Shown: positions 1 through 13,083 of the stretch, piece by piece
Numbering within the stretch: the first letter of the stretch is position 1
Layout: every line of letters begins with the position of its first letter
Source of the DNA: Mytilus trossulus
Taxonomy: Eukaryota
Direction: 5' to 3'
DNA: 64,000 nucleotides
NCBI RefSeq assembly: GCF_036588685.1
Contig: NC_086376.1
Location: 8,184,001 to 8,248,000 of the forward strand
Notes under the pieces: generated by a model
Told to the model about the DNA's origin: nothing
What the model saw: the letters and a program-made list of their open reading frames with translations, nothing else
Database searches by the model: none
Made by a program: the position numbers and the translations under genes

Positions 1-493
1 AATGTCAAATGTTTTAAATTCATCTTTTTAAACTCTGCTAGTGTAAAGAAGGTATGAAATACATTAAATATTTCAAAAACAAATTATAGGAGTTTCACTT
101 GATACACATGTAAAAATGGTGTAGGGTTGTGATAGGTGGGAAAATGGAGAATTTATTTTACTACAAAATATGTCAATAAACCATTATTCACATTATTCAT
201 ACGGAAATAAAGAAACGGAACTATTCATTTTGACTTTACATTTAATGAAAATTCAAATGATGCTTGGATAAAGTGGATCATCAAAGGATGTCATTTATAT
301 TAACTGATGCTTATGTTTATCTACATATAGCAGAACAAAAGTATTTCTCTTCATGTAAGCAAGGAGAGTGTCTGAGCTACCCATGTTCTACAATTGGTTA
401 AATGTACAAAGCTATAATCCCTAATGAAGCATTCAGGAACTATTTTCTGTTTAGTTTTGAGTTCTTAAATTCACAACCACAATCTTTTAGCTA

Positions 494-601
494 TCATCGA
501 CCCTGAGGAATTGTTCTACTAGCTGGACTCCAAGCTGGTCTTTCTTCAATACTTTCTGTAGAAGTGTACCTTATCTTCTTATCAACAACTTTCTGTTTGT
601 C
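494..601 (-). CDS. MAP9: MAP9-like terminal coding exon (DKQK...RPAWSPASRTIPQGR*)
   Basis: TTTTAG acceptor, TGA stop at 496-494. Confidence 0.88.
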   Translation of the reverse strand, partial: DKQKVVDKKIRYTSTESIEERPAWSPASRTIPQGR

Positions 602-3600
602 CTAAAATATAAATATAATACTCAAAATCAAGTCATAACAATTAATAAAAAATAAAATAAAAAAGAACAAGATATCAGTTCTTTTAAAAGCAAGACCACA
701 ACAACTGAAAGTAAATTTTGTCCTTTGCAGGTCAACCAACTAATAGAAACTGAACTTGAGGAAAATAAAAATCAAAATCAAATTTAGAGGTCATCTTTCA
801 AGCATGTCTTTGCTTAGATATAACCGAGTTGCAAATATCTTGCAAATAGAAAGCCTAACTTGAAATGACACAACATTCCTAAATATGTGTCAATACATAT
901 GCCATGCTTTTTTGCTTTGAAAGTTTAATATGGAAACATATTACAGCAGATTGCATTGAGTGTGTAGGTAAAAGTAAGTCTTTGGTTAGCTAGCTTGCTA
1001 GCTGAACTGTCAAGTCATTATGAAGTTAAGTAAACTCTCCTCCTTTAAGAGTAGACTAGTCTGACAGATAACCAGTCTATTTGTCTGTAGCACTAGGCTA
1101 CTTGGAAAGGAGGGTAGTATACCTTACGTATACAAGACCCTTTTTGTCTTTGCATGGGATATTATATATATCATGGAAGGACCTACCTTTCTTGACAGCC
1201 ATTTCTCATATTTTTCTCTGGCTTCTTCTTCCTGTCTTCGTTTTTCTTCATCCATATATCTCTTAGTTTGTTTCATTTTATCTTTTTCTTCTTTGGTTTT
1301 TTCCTTAATAACGTCTTCTTTTTTTTCTTTCCTGTAAAATAGGTTCATTATACATTAATTGTGTACTACTTTAATATCAAAAGCTTGCTATGACTAATGA
1401 AGAGCTAAACAAATTCATTATATTATTCAGCAATTCCTAGTTTTTTTTTATTTTTTCTTTCTTTTTATATTTTCTTTTCACAATGAAATTGGTTGATGAC
1501 AGTTACTGGTATTTTTGCATAAAATTTTAAACAATACAACCAAAGTACTTGTGTTGAATGAAAACTGAAAATCAGGCATGTAACTAGTGCTCTTCTAAAC
1601 CTGGTGTTGTTTTTTTTTATCTTGTATTCAAGTTGGGTAACATTATTGCTGTTCACAGTTTTATAAGTTACTTTGGTCTCAATTCAATAATAATCCATAA
1701 AAGTAATTAATTTGTTGAAAATTTTATAGTATTTTTTAGTTATGTATATAAATTTTATTAGATACATAAAGAACCTTGTTTTGGAAGGTTACTACTGTAG
1801 AGTGAAAAAGACAGTAAAGTACAATCTTTCTTGGTATATAATACCTACCAGACTCTGAGAGCACTTTCATTATCTTTTACTCGTTCTCTTTGTTTTCTTT
1901 TTTCTTCTTCCTCTTTTCTTCTCTCAGCTCGTTTCTTTTCTTTCTGCTGTTCAACTAACTTTTCATCATTTAATTCTTTCCATTTCTTGAATTCCTATAA
2001 AAAATAACAATTTTTACATTTAAGAAAGTATTACTAAAGGTGCATTTACTTGCTTTTTTCTTGGTATTGAATTATAATGCAATGTTTAGTATGGCAGCGA
2101 TTCACTTTTTATTTATGAAAGAAAATTTCTTGGGTATTTGGATTTTCAAGTAAATATTTTTAGGGTAGGGTGAAGGTTGGTGCCTATTAAAATGTAAATC
2201 CTGATGCATTTGTTAACACATGTCCTAAGTTGAAACCTGATGTTCAGTTGTTGTCATTTGATGATGTGGATCATAAATAAACTCATCACAGATACCCAGA
2301 CCAAATTTAGAATATACACCAAACGATCGTTTCATCTATCTACAAAGACGCTCGAATCCAAAAAAGTTAAAAAGGCTAAATAAAGTACGAAGTTGGAGAG
2401 CATTGAGGACCTAAATTCCTAAAAGTTTTGCCAAAGACAGCTAAGGTAATGTATGCCTGAGGCAGAAAAGCCTTAGTATTTCTAAAAATATCCAAAATAT
2501 AAGTTTCTCATTTCTCATTTTTTATATAGATTAGACCATTGGTTTTCCTATTTGAATGGTTTTATACTAGTCATTTTTGGGGCCTTTATAGGGTTGTCTC
2601 GTTGGCAATCATACAGTACTACATCTTCTTATATCTATCATAGGTCCTGTAAAAGCATCAATACAAAGGATTTTGTTGTCATGGACTCAGAATTATAGGT
2701 TCTGCTATATAAATGACAAGTCCCACACCTCTAGCCCCTGGCATGAATTAATTATTAACAGGGGCAATAATGAGATATGGAAATTAAAACAATAAACATA
2801 CCTTTTCTGCATCTTTCTTTTTCTTTAATTTTTCCTCTTCTTCTAATTTCTTTTTCTTTTCTTCTTTATGTTTTTCCTTCATTTTATCTTTAATGACTGG
2901 TTCTCTCTGTTCTTTCCAAGTTCTATATGCTGCCTCATTCTCTAGTTTTTTGTTTACTAAATCCTTTGAAAAATGAAAATAAATCTGTTTATGCAAATAC
3001 TTCTAATATCAAACTAAATCAACCGACTTTTATCATACCCATAGCTAGGGGGGTTTGGACGAACCTTCCCCCCTTGAAAACAAATAAGCACTGTTAAAGT
3101 CAATGTTCTGTTCGAATTGTGACTGTTAAAGTCGAGTTTGTGAGTCCAACGAACCCCCATTTGGAAATTCCTGGCTACAGGCCTGTTTATATGTACATAA
3201 TAATTTTACAACATTAACAAACAATTAATTATGTTTTTGTCTAGCTAAAAAATTAACAAGAAATAGATATACATTGTATATGCAAAGAGATTTTTTTATA
3301 TCAATTTCCAATCTATCTAACTATCACCTGTTTATTGCTAGTTTTCTTCTCAACAGATGCTCATAGCATGATCAAGACAGACAGGGGTATACTGATCATT
3401 AATATGCTGTTATCTGTTTCAATGTGCATATAAAGATTCAGAAAGGGGGTTTGCGGGGCTAAATCAAATTTTTTCCTTAATGTAGGATTTCGCATTTTTT
3501 TTTATGAATGAACTTTAAAATCATATACATAATAGACAAATAAAATAAAGAAATAGGGTCACCATCTGGTTACACTCCCAATCTGCCTTGGAAAGAAGCA

Positions 3601-6600
3601 TACATTTTTGTAAAAGTACTTTTTTCTGTTGACTTAATAGGAGAAAAAGAGGTAAAATCAAAATAGAAAAAAACTAATTTACAGAAATCACTTAAATTTT
3701 ACAATAGTTTAGTTTAAGTACAGCTTATTTGAAAATAATAATATAGGGTTATTGCATGAATATTGGGGAATATTGTTCCGAGTAGAAATTTATATTGCAC
3801 GAGCTTGCGAGTGCAATATATGTTCTACGAGGGACAATATTCCCCAATATTCATGCAATAACCCTTTTATTGTATAGCTATATAATATTTGAAAGTAAAA
3901 ATTGGTTTAAACTATGATTTGAACGTTGATGACGTCATGAATTTCGAAGATTTATTGCACTAGTGCAATATTAGAATTTATTGCACGCTAACTTTTGGTT
4001 ACGTTCTGTGGGAAATATTATATTGCCATACAATAATATAAAATATACTGATGAGTTAAAAAGATATTTCAATTGCATTTTTTTCTTCAAAGGGAGATAG
4101 TTTGGAGCTTTTTCAATGATACATACATTTTAAAAGTCATCTTGGGCAAAAACGAATCAATTTACTTCAATGATTTTTGTACCATATGATAAAGTATAAA
4201 GAACTAATAAAATAATAAATAATTGCATGAATAATTAATATAACACATGTAAAACTGGTAGTACTGTCTCCTTACAATTCTTGCATGTATTATGACAATG
4301 GACTACTACCAAAAAAGCACACAAATTAACAAAAAAAAAAAAAGCAGACAAAACAGTAAGGCTGAAATTCACAAATAACCTGATGGACATAATAAATGAT
4401 TTTAAGGCATTACTATGTACAAAATATAAAAAATACGGTCAGAAAATAAAACCATCACTTGACCCCATTTTTATAAATACTGGGGATTAATTTACTTTTG
4501 AGGGTATCAATTTTTCGTGGTTAAAGGAGAAAAGGCATTTTCATCAATATTCATTTTTTTGTGGTTTTGCCAATCTTGTTAAACATTTGAGTTCATAGGT
4601 CGCCCACATCCACGAAAACCTCAAAAATTGGTATGCAATGAATAATAATGAATGCACAGTATAGCAAATGTGCAATTCTGCAATCAAAATATACCACATC
4701 TCTCATTTTATTTAAATTACAACATATACAATACCTGTTTTTTTTTCTTTTCCTCTTCTTCTTTTTTCTTTTTTTCTTCAGATTGTTTTTGTCTTGCAGA
4801 ATTCAATCTTTGGGTTTTCCAGTCATTAAAGATAGCTTCCCTCAAAGATTTGGTATCATTAAAATCTGTCTCAGACAGGGTTAAAGAAGGAGTAGGGGTA
4901 CCAGGTAGGGAATGTCGAGGTTTGGGTTTCACAATTTTACTGCTTGTGGTTGTTCTGAAATAAAAAGAGAAAATCCTATGGCTTTTCAATATCACATGGA
5001 ACACCAATATAATCCTATATATATATAAAGGCAGAATTGCAGAGTTAAAAAGAACAGACATCAGCAAACACACTACCTTTGTATTGTAATAAACGAATAA
5101 AACTCGATAGGTATAAAGTAACGTCATAAACATCATAAACATAAGACATAAATACGGGAAACATAGCGTTAACTTTTATGCTCAAAATCTATATTGAAGG
5201 CCCACATACAGGTACAAAGTAATATCATAAACATAAGACGTAAATACGGGAAACATAATGTTAACATTATATTCTCAACAATCTTCAATGGATCTTGAGG
5301 CAAACAGAGGAAAGTTTTTTTTTATTGCTGATCAGTCAAACAAAGATTTAAACTTTAGAAGTTGATATCTAGCGGTACACAGATCTTTCTCCAAAGCATT
5401 TTTTAAACTTTGTTTATGTTTAATTCAACCTACTTTTTAGAACTATTCGGGCGTTCTATTGGTTTCATTTGTTGAGTTCTTTGTTGTCCTGCCACCATAT
5501 CTATTGCATCTTCAGCTTGCTGTTTGTCTGACCTCTGTTTGTTGTATGACCTTTAAATATAATTCAATGTAGATAAAATTTTAGTGCAAAGCAACTTTTT
5601 CTTATTAGATTATATTTTTATTAGAATTGATCACTTGTATAGTAGTTTGCACTGATTCAATATTTTGTTTTTAAATTTTGTTGGATTTAATTAATTTTGG
5701 AATTACATTAAACAGTTTTCTTTAAATTGTATTCAAAATTCATTTTATATAGAGGATTCTTCTAGACAGCAAAAATTGAATACAGAGAAATTATATAAAT
5801 GACATAAAGTGTTGATAATACATGAATAAACTTTTGACCCTGAGGTATATCTCATACGTGTGACAGAAATTGATACAACTGATGAAACTGCTGAGGCCAG
5901 AACATGCAGATGGAAGTCCTGTATCCACAGCATTTGTCACATGCAAGACAAAAATGACAAAAATAAAGGCCCTTTTCGCATTTTATAACTACAAAAATAC
6001 TCAGATTTTCTTTGGTTAGTTTAATTATGTTTTTTACCTGAGTGATTGGCTCTGTTCCATATGCAAATCTGTAGTTTTTTTCAGACCTGGTTCAAATTCA
6101 TATTCTTCACAGACAGAACTTTCATCTGCTTGAGGTTTCCTTCCTTTTTGATAACTTTTCTTCGCTAAAAGAGCTTGAAAACTGTCAACCTCTGGCTCTT
6201 CCTCCTTTTGAACTTCATGTTGAGGTCGTCTAGGTTTGACTTTTTGTTTTCTTGTTTCTTCCTCATCACTATCATCATCATCAAAAAGTTTACTTTTTCC
6301 TTTTTTTGGTGTTTCCTTTTCAGTAACATCACCAGTTAAAAAGTCCATTAAACTTGGTTCCTGTTTTCTTTCACTTTTTTCTTTAGTTTTTTCATTTTCT
6401 TCTTTTTCTGATTTTTTGCCAAATGTTGGAGTTTTACGACCTGTGAATCTATCTTTTTCTGTTGGTGTTTTACGACCACCAAATCTATCTTTTTCAGTGG
6501 GTGTTTTTCTTCCAGTAGTTCTATCACTCTCAGTGGGAGTTTTCCTACCAAAAAGTTTTTCACTTTCAGTTTGATTTTTCTGTCCTGCACTAGAAAATCT

Positions 6601-9600
6601 TGACTTTCTAGGTTTTGGTGTAGGATCTTCATCTAGGGTAGCATCCATAGCTGAGGAGCTTCCGAAAACATCAGTCTTAAGTTTTGGTCGTGGTGAGGCA
6701 CCTTTTACAGACATCAAAGGATCATCTAGGTTCAAAGCCCTGTAAATTAGTGAAAATTATCTTAAAATTACCTTTTAACAGAAATCTTTTTTTAGCTTAA
6801 TGCATTTCATTAACAATAATGTGTCCATCTGCACTTTCATTTTCCATGTTCAGTGGTCCCTGGAAATGGGGTAAAATCTTACAGACGCACAGACCAAAAA
6901 ACATAATGGCCACATAAATGGGGCATAAAAAATAAGTGTTCGATGAACCTTGTCTATTTTCATTGTAAATGTATGTTGAACAAATGTCAACAATGATAAA
7001 TGAAAGATATACCAATGCAGTAATGTAATCTACTGTATAGCAACAAAATATCAGAAACTAACCAAACATTAGCGTGAAATAAAATCATCATATTGCACGA
7101 TTGCAAATTAAGGCTTCAAATTAGTGACCTCATTTGTTACAAACTCATGTAAATTGTTTTCAAGTTTTGTTATACAATGTAGGAATAATTTCATGATTAT
7201 TGATGAGTACATGTATAATATAATATAAGCTCGTAGAATGTATACAGAATTTACAATCTTGGCAACATAATAATCTATTCTGACAGGACAATATTTACGC
7301 TATAATCATATTTTATCGTATGAAGGAACAAGGACAAAGGTAATTTTTCTTAAAAAAATATTTTTGTCAGTGTTTATAAAAATTAAATTAACTTTAAATC
7401 CCTGTAGAAATTGATAGATTTCATAAGTTTAAGAAAAAGAAAATACATGTTTATAACTAGTGATTTTTTTTGAGTGAAGAAACTATGAATAACAGCTGCT
7501 TGTTTCCTATATTATGTAAATATTCATGAAAATTTGGTAGATGTAAACAATTACTAGTAAACACATACTTGGGTGATTTTCTATCTGTGCTAGGACTTCT
7601 TCTATCTAAACCAGGACTTTTTCTATCTAAACCAGGACTTCTTCTATCTAAACCAGGACTTTTCCTGTCTAAACCAGGACTTTTCCTGTCTAAACCAGGA
7701 CTTTTCCTGTCTAAACCAGGACTTTTCCTGTCTAAACCAGGACTTTTTCTGTCTAAACCAGGACTTTTTCTGTCTAATTTAGGACTTTTTCTATCCAATC
7801 CTGGCATGGAAGGCATCTTTTTGTCAGAATTGGGACTCTGTTTCCTGTACCTAGGAGATGGCGTTTCACTGATAGATTCAAGTAGTGGGTCTTGTGGAGT
7901 TTTTCTTCCTCTCATTAATCCTGAAATATTTGGAAAAGTTAATTGAGTGCTGCTAATTAATCCAAAATGTATTCATGTATTTTTTGTATCATTTAGTTAA
8001 GTTTGAATATGAAGCAGGTGTCACCTTTGACATGTTTGAAGAAGGATATAATCAATATTTTCATGGTTAATCTTTCTGTTGTACACACTTGTCGCTGGTT
8101 TATATATTTCAATAATCTTCATAGTCTTTTGTGGCCATTCTATAATCCTCATGTAATTGATGTGCAAACTGCACTAAAGAAGTTATTTTGGGATGTCAGA
8201 TTTACCCATCACTGGGGTAAATGTGATCTCCTTAATTGCAGTTATGTATATCCTAAGATGGCGGACAATGTTTCTTTTGTAAATTTTGTAATAATAATGT
8301 ATTATTCTTCGGTATTTCGTGTCTTTTTCAACGTACTACTAAATTTGAAACTGAAATATTAAGTCTTTCTTTCTTAATTCAACTGCTAAATGGAGAAAAC
8401 AGCCATCTAAAATATTGTGATCGTATGGGTAACTGAAGTAAATAAATTGTCAATGATATATATGTAACTGGAAATATTGATATCCGTAACTGATTTCATT
8501 TTTAATCAATTCAGTTTGAAATGAAATAAATGTCTCCTGTATGACAGTTGTTATCAATTCATTTGCTAAAGGACATTGTCTGTTCTCATTTTACTGATAT
8601 ATTTATTCGTTAATAATCTACCAAATCTCCATCCTCTGGCTCTACCTCTTTATGTATGCTGCTGAGATATACAGAATTAGTAGCCTGATCAATATCTAAT
8701 AAAATTTTGATTCATATTTATTACACTTTTAATGAATCAAAAGCATATGTATGAATACTGAGCAACCCCAAAAAAATATCATCAAACAGTAACATAGAGT
8801 AAAGGTTAGCAATATACAAAGACAAACATACATCAAATGATAATCAACAAGTATCTAAAACACTAGATTTCAAGACCCCCGTTGGTCTACTTCCCCTAAT
8901 TCCATAGCCAAAGTGGGGAGTCTGTTTTGCTGCATGGGATGCACAAGTAAGCATCCACGTCCAGTCAGAATGGGGAAGTTAAATCAAATGCCTCATGTAG
9001 AGAGAATTCATAAGTGAATAACTCTTGTAACAACTCTTTGAGGGGTCCATATATGACCTGCGGCACTGACTGTGTCATTATAAATCTGATATATACCTGA
9101 ACTTGCACTGTCGCCTATGTCATCTTCTGGTGTTGCACTAACTTTTCTGTAGGATGGAGGCTGCCATGGTTTGGAAGTGTCAACAGGGCTTTGTCTTCTG
9201 TAAAATTGTTGTTATGAAAATCATAATACTTAAAAATATATATATTGCTCTTGATGGATGGTTATTACAATCTTATATTTATATTTCATTTACTTGCAAG
9301 TATTTTCTATCCGATTTATAGAAACTTACTAAGTTCAATATTTTAATATATCATGTATATAGATAAATGAGCAAGTGACATACTTAAATTTGAGACATAA
9401 TAGTTTTGAGAATGGAGAAAAATAATGCCAAAATAAATGATTTAATCTTATAAATGACAAGTGAACTTTTGTCAATCAATGGCAATGCATTAAATCTAAT
9501 TAGCAAGGAAATGAGTTCATGAAATTTGACACTATATTTTTTAATTATATTTTCACTCAATACGTTCTATTAATTAATACAAATTTATGTCAGTGTACAT

Positions 9601-11437
9601 GTAAAATACCTAAAGATTTAGAATTGATACTTGTCTAAATACTGATATTTAATGAAAGTGTTAATCTAAGCAGTACCATATATATACATATATAATAAGT
9701 TAAATATACTGTTCCAAGACTTGAGTAACTTAAAAGTCTTTATTTCAAAATAAAATTTAATGGATGTTGCAAAATATATTTTTTTAATAATAGCTATATA
9801 TATAGAATTATTCATTTACACACAGTGATTTAAATGTTTTTCTTCAAATACAGATTGTGTTGTAGTAGAAAAAAATCCATTTTAAATATTGAAAAATTTT
9901 CATCTTGGTGAATTTCATTGCTTTTTAATTTAAAGTAAAATTTAATAAAGATTTATGATGCATGTCCATATTATGATATTTACAAATTATTATTTTTGCT
10001 TTTTTTTCCATCAATTTAACTAAATAATGTTAAGCAACAACTGATTCAACTATAGTTCAACTCTGTAGGAATATTTCCTCTCTCATCTTGGGAGGGAAGC
10101 ACTCTGTGATAGTTACCTACGTGTACATGTATTGCAATAAAAAAAAAATCTATCATCAAATATTGCTTTTTTTATTTAATATTTCTATAAAATAGGATTT
10201 AATTTCAGAGGACTTGATAAGACTATATGCTTCCTAAGGTGGACCAGAAGAAATATTAATGAACTGATTTTTTTTTAGATGTTCATGTGATGTGATTGCA
10301 AGTGAAACAACTCGTCACAAGAAACCAAATTAATGACACAGAAATTAACAGCTATGGGTTACTGTTCACCTTCAACAATGAGCAAAGCCCATGTTAACTT
10401 CAGCTATAGTTCCAATTAAATATTCAATCATTCCAACCCCACTTACTGCTGTAGATCTTTGGTTGGAGTTTTTCTATTCATGATGATAGCTTCTTTCTGT
10501 TCATATGACATACTGTCAGAGAGCAAACTTTGTTTATCTTTTGGAGACTGTTTTGGTGAAGCAATTGATGGCATGTCTGATTTACGTTGAGATTTCATGA
10601 ATCGGTTACCCTGTCCTGGCCTTAGTGTGTCACCTAATGAAATTCCACTATCATAGGCACCAGTTGATACAGGGGACCTCCTTTTTGCTGAACTAGGACG
10701 ATCAGTTCTCCTGTGGCTACTGGACTCTATTCTATATTGGTTCAAGATATCTAGAAAAAATAACACAATTGTTAATGACTATTTTTGTTATGATCTAACA
10801 AACTCTTGACCCCAATCTTTCTCCGTTTGTCACCCATTCTGGATTTTCCCTTTTGCATTGCAGCCTAATGTTTCCAATAGATTATGAAGACTTTATGTCA
10901 ACTTATAGATGTCTTGTGCTGTTGGTATTTCTACTTCATGTTTTTTTTTTTATTGTGAGAGTTTGATTTGTTATGCATCTTGTCATTTTGGGTTCTATTA
11001 TAGTTTCCTTTTTAAATGTTGAGAACTTGAGAACAACAAAATATCAAGTTTTTATGATATGAACATGCAGTATTTTAAAACCTGTCGGCTGCACACTCTT
11101 GGCAAGAAGCTTTCTATTCTGACCAGCAACAGATATTTCACAGTGTTATTATGCAAAAAAAATTGTAAAACATTTTTTGTACAATGAGTGAGAGTTTAAA
11201 ATATCCTAGTATTAAAATAATAGTAACCAAAGATAAAATGTATTAATTAAGCATGTTAAGCAGAAACAAACCATCTTCACTATCTCCATCATCATTGTCC
11301 TCCAGAACATCACTGTCACTCAAATCATGGGTCAGTCCTAACTTTTTTCTCTCTCGTAGTTTGGCCTGCAGTTCTGACACATGGGGATCAGATCTCTTTT
11401 TCATGGACCCTAAAGGGCCATCAAGTACATCAGTCAT
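494..11437 (-). CDS. MAP9: Microtubule-associated protein 9 (ASAP)-like gene, 11 coding exons, ~840 aa
   Basis: Hand-assembled exons 11437-11272, 10750-10447, 9197-9097, 7920-7569, 6739-6038, 5550-5434, 4954-4735, 2963-2802, 1994-1849, 1331-1187, 601-494 (2523 nt). All introns are GT-AG with matching phases, and an in-frame TAG lies upstream of ATG 11437. The K/E-rich helical C-terminal half has periodic W (EAIFNDWK, AAYRTWK, FKKWK, LRVWK, KYEKWL) and ends PAWSPASRT, resembling the vertebrate MAP9 C-terminal PPWSPPSRT motif (recalled family knowledge). Confidence 0.88.
956..1073. mobile_element. Half copy of the palindromic MITE seen at 42727-42973
   Basis: GCTTGCTAGCTGAAC and TAAGAGTAGACTAGTCTGACAGATAAC match the reverse complement of 42854-42965. 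Confidence 0.65.
1187..1331 (-). CDS. MAP9: MAP9-like coding exon 10
   Basis: TTTTACAG acceptor, AAG|GTAGGT donor; AREKYEKWLSRK. Confidence 0.88.
1849..1994 (-). CDS. MAP9: MAP9-like coding exon 9 (EFKKWKELNDEK...ALRVW), missed by the ORF track
   Basis: TTATAG acceptor, TG|GTAGGT donor. Confidence 0.88.
2277..2498 (-). mobile_element. Degenerate retrozyme copy (hammerhead core deleted), nested in another short repeat in a MAP9 intron
   Basis: GAGCATTGAGGAC, CAGCTAAGGTAAT and CCTTAGTATTT match the retrozyme body; the TCATCAG core is missing. Confidence 0.6.
2802..2963 (-). CDS. MAP9: MAP9-like coding exon 8
   Basis: TTCAAAG acceptor, AAG|GTATGT donor; ENEAAYRTWKEQ. Confidence 0.88.
3745..4036. 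mobile_element. Double-hairpin non-autonomous element
   Basis: Near-perfect hairpin 3745-3865 (AGGGTTATTGCATGAATATTGGGGAATATTGT...ACAATATTCCCCAATATTCATGCAATAACCCT), followed by a second inverted repeat 3867-4036. Confidence 0.75.
4478..4661. mobile_element. TA-flanked MITE (same family as 25764-25969)
   Basis: Ends TACTG...CACAGTA; shared internal GGGTATCAATTTT and AAAATTGGTAT. Confidence 0.7.
4735..4954 (-). CDS. MAP9: MAP9-like coding exon 7
   Basis: TTTCAG acceptor, CAG|GTATTG donor; LREAIFNDWK. Confidence 0.88.
5434..5550 (-). CDS. MAP9: MAP9-like coding exon 6 (SYNKQRSDKQQAEDAID...), missed by the ORF track
   Basis: AAAG acceptor, AA|GTAGGT donor, 117 nt, phase 2-2. Confidence 0.75.
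6038..6739 (-). CDS. MAP9: MAP9-like coding exon 5 (GRKTP repeats)
   Basis: TTACAG acceptor, AG|GTAAAA donor, overlaps ORF 6034..6735. Confidence 0.88.
7569..7920 (-). CDS. MAP9: MAP9-like coding exon 4 with PGLDRKS repeats
   Basis: TTTCAG acceptor, AA|GTATGT donor, overlaps ORF 7457..7915. Confidence 0.85.
7574..7804 (-). repeat. Coding 21-bp tandem repeat, 11 units (PGLDR[K/R]S)
   Basis: Plus-strand unit ACCAGGACTTTTYCTRTCTAA repeated in tandem. Confidence 0.95.
9097..9197 (-). CDS. MAP9: MAP9-like coding exon 3 (RQSPVDTSKPWQPPSY...), missed by the ORF track
   Basis: TTTTACAG acceptor, G|GTATAT donor, phase bridges exons 2 and 4. Confidence 0.8.
10447..10750 (-). CDS. MAP9: MAP9-like coding exon 2
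   Basis: TTTTTCTAG acceptor, CA|GTAAGT donor, open frame DILNQY...KDLQ. Confidence 0.85.
11272..11437 (-). CDS. MAP9: MAP9-like coding exon 1 (MTDVLDG...DSED); exon acceptor at 11486
   Basis: ATG at 11437, donor G|GTTTGT after 11272, acceptor TTTTAG before 11486. Confidence 0.75.
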
Positions 11438-12389
11438 GCTGGTGAAAAATGTTGTCTGCTAACAGGTGAAGAATGTTTTATCTTATCTAAAAAAAAAATA
11501 CCATTTTTATCAAACATGTTATACAACTTCATTCGAATATTTCATAAAGTACAAAATGATAATTTTATTGTTCAGTTTAAACCTAACAGACTTTCAAGGA
11601 TAAGGATTATTTTTGATCATGATGATAAAAATTGGACTGATAAGGAAACCAATTTAAACTTTTTTTTGCTGAATATGGTTAATTACTGAAGCTGATAAGG
11701 GCCGTTATAAAAAATAAATTATATCGTTTTAGACATTGCTTTGTCGTAATTTCAACATAACATGACGATATAACAACATCGCTATGTCATAATTTTGATA
11801 TCACATGTTGTAATGACAACATGGCTATTTACGCCATCACTATGTCCTTATAACGTCATTGATATGTTGTACCTGTGCTATTGGATATTTTTCATCTTCT
11901 CGAACCTTCATGACCTTTGTATAGAGATTTTTTTGGTACCGCCCATTATCAGGTTTATGTGGAATAATCACACTTTGCTTTTCCCAGAGATTTACACTTT
12001 TACTGGGTTTTATATTATATAATTGAAAACTCATAAAAAGTAACATTGCCGTTTCCTCTTTAAAAAAGAAGCTATTCCAGCAGCCCATCCCTGATTTTTC
12101 TCATTGGCACTTATCATGCTTATACCTCATCTTCTTCTATCTATTTTATCAATTGTTCTAGAATTGATTAAATGATATTTGTACAGTTTACTTACAAAAA
12201 AATAGATAATATATCGCTTATATATTTCATCTTGTCGCTAATTGGTGAGGCAATAATAATAAAAATAATATTTTATTTAATAAAATATCAAGCATATCAA
12301 TAATTACAATACACAATACATAAAGACAATACTACTTTAACACATATATGGTAAAATATATTGTCATTTTATGAGTGCAGTATCCTTAA

Positions 12390-13010
12390 CATGACGGTAC
12401 ACAAATTGCACCTATATTCTGACAGTTTTTTCAACTACATTTTTTTATGATCAAGACAAACATTTCCATTTTGTGTTTATTTTGTAGCCATATCCTTCTT
12501 TATTATATAGGTACACTAATTAGATTTTCAATTCATATAGAATCATAGAAAAATTGGTCTGAACTTACCTCCAAACCATCAATGATTCTGTAATGAGAAG
12601 TACCCAAATTGCATCTATGCTTAAATTTGCGTCGTCAAAAGTCGAATAACAGAGCTTTTGTTTATTTTTTTCAAATATTTTGAACAATTGGATATTTGTC
12701 CATGCTTACTCTTCTTTTGTTAAGAAATGAATACTTGAAACATATTGTATTTGCTAATTTTTAAAAGATGACGTTTTGATGACGTCGCATGGCGACGTTT
12801 CAGTGCATTTTGCCTTTTTCAGTAAACACTTCATGTGTTGATAAATACTGTAAATGTTTTGTGTATATCTAAATATATTTACCTATGTTGAAAGGCGTGC
12901 ATACTGGTGAATCATCAAAATACAACTTCAATGTTAAGCCTCTAGGAAATCTTGTTGTAAGATTTCCATTGCTATTTTTGCCAAATAGGTGCAATTTGGG
13001 TACTGTTACG
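12390..13010. mobile_element. MITE with ~27-bp TIRs and TTAA flanks (piggyBac-like)
   Basis: TTAA|CATGACGGTACACAAATTGCACCTAT ... ATAGGTGCAATTTGGGTACTGTTACG|TTAA, 4 mismatches between TIRs. Confidence 0.75.
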
Positions 13011-13083
13011 TTAAGTGCATTGAACTGAAAAATTGCTGAATTATTTGTTTTGTTTTACATGTTTACCAAAGATGCCAAAGAAC

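Noticed and set aside
3034-3185. Possible hAT-like MITE (CA...TG ends, G/C-rich termini)
   Set aside because: TIRs are weak and no 8-bp TSD could be confirmed
4648-11462. Plus-strand ORFs rich in F/L/S (4648, 4652, 6236, 7569, 11253)
   Set aside because: They are antisense shadows of the K/E-rich MAP9 exons
11807-11820. GTTGTAATGACAAC palindrome resembling an RFX X-box upstream of a ciliary gene
   Set aside because: It deviates from the consensus at the conserved central CC/GG positions and lies in repeat-like sequence; unsupported without conservation data
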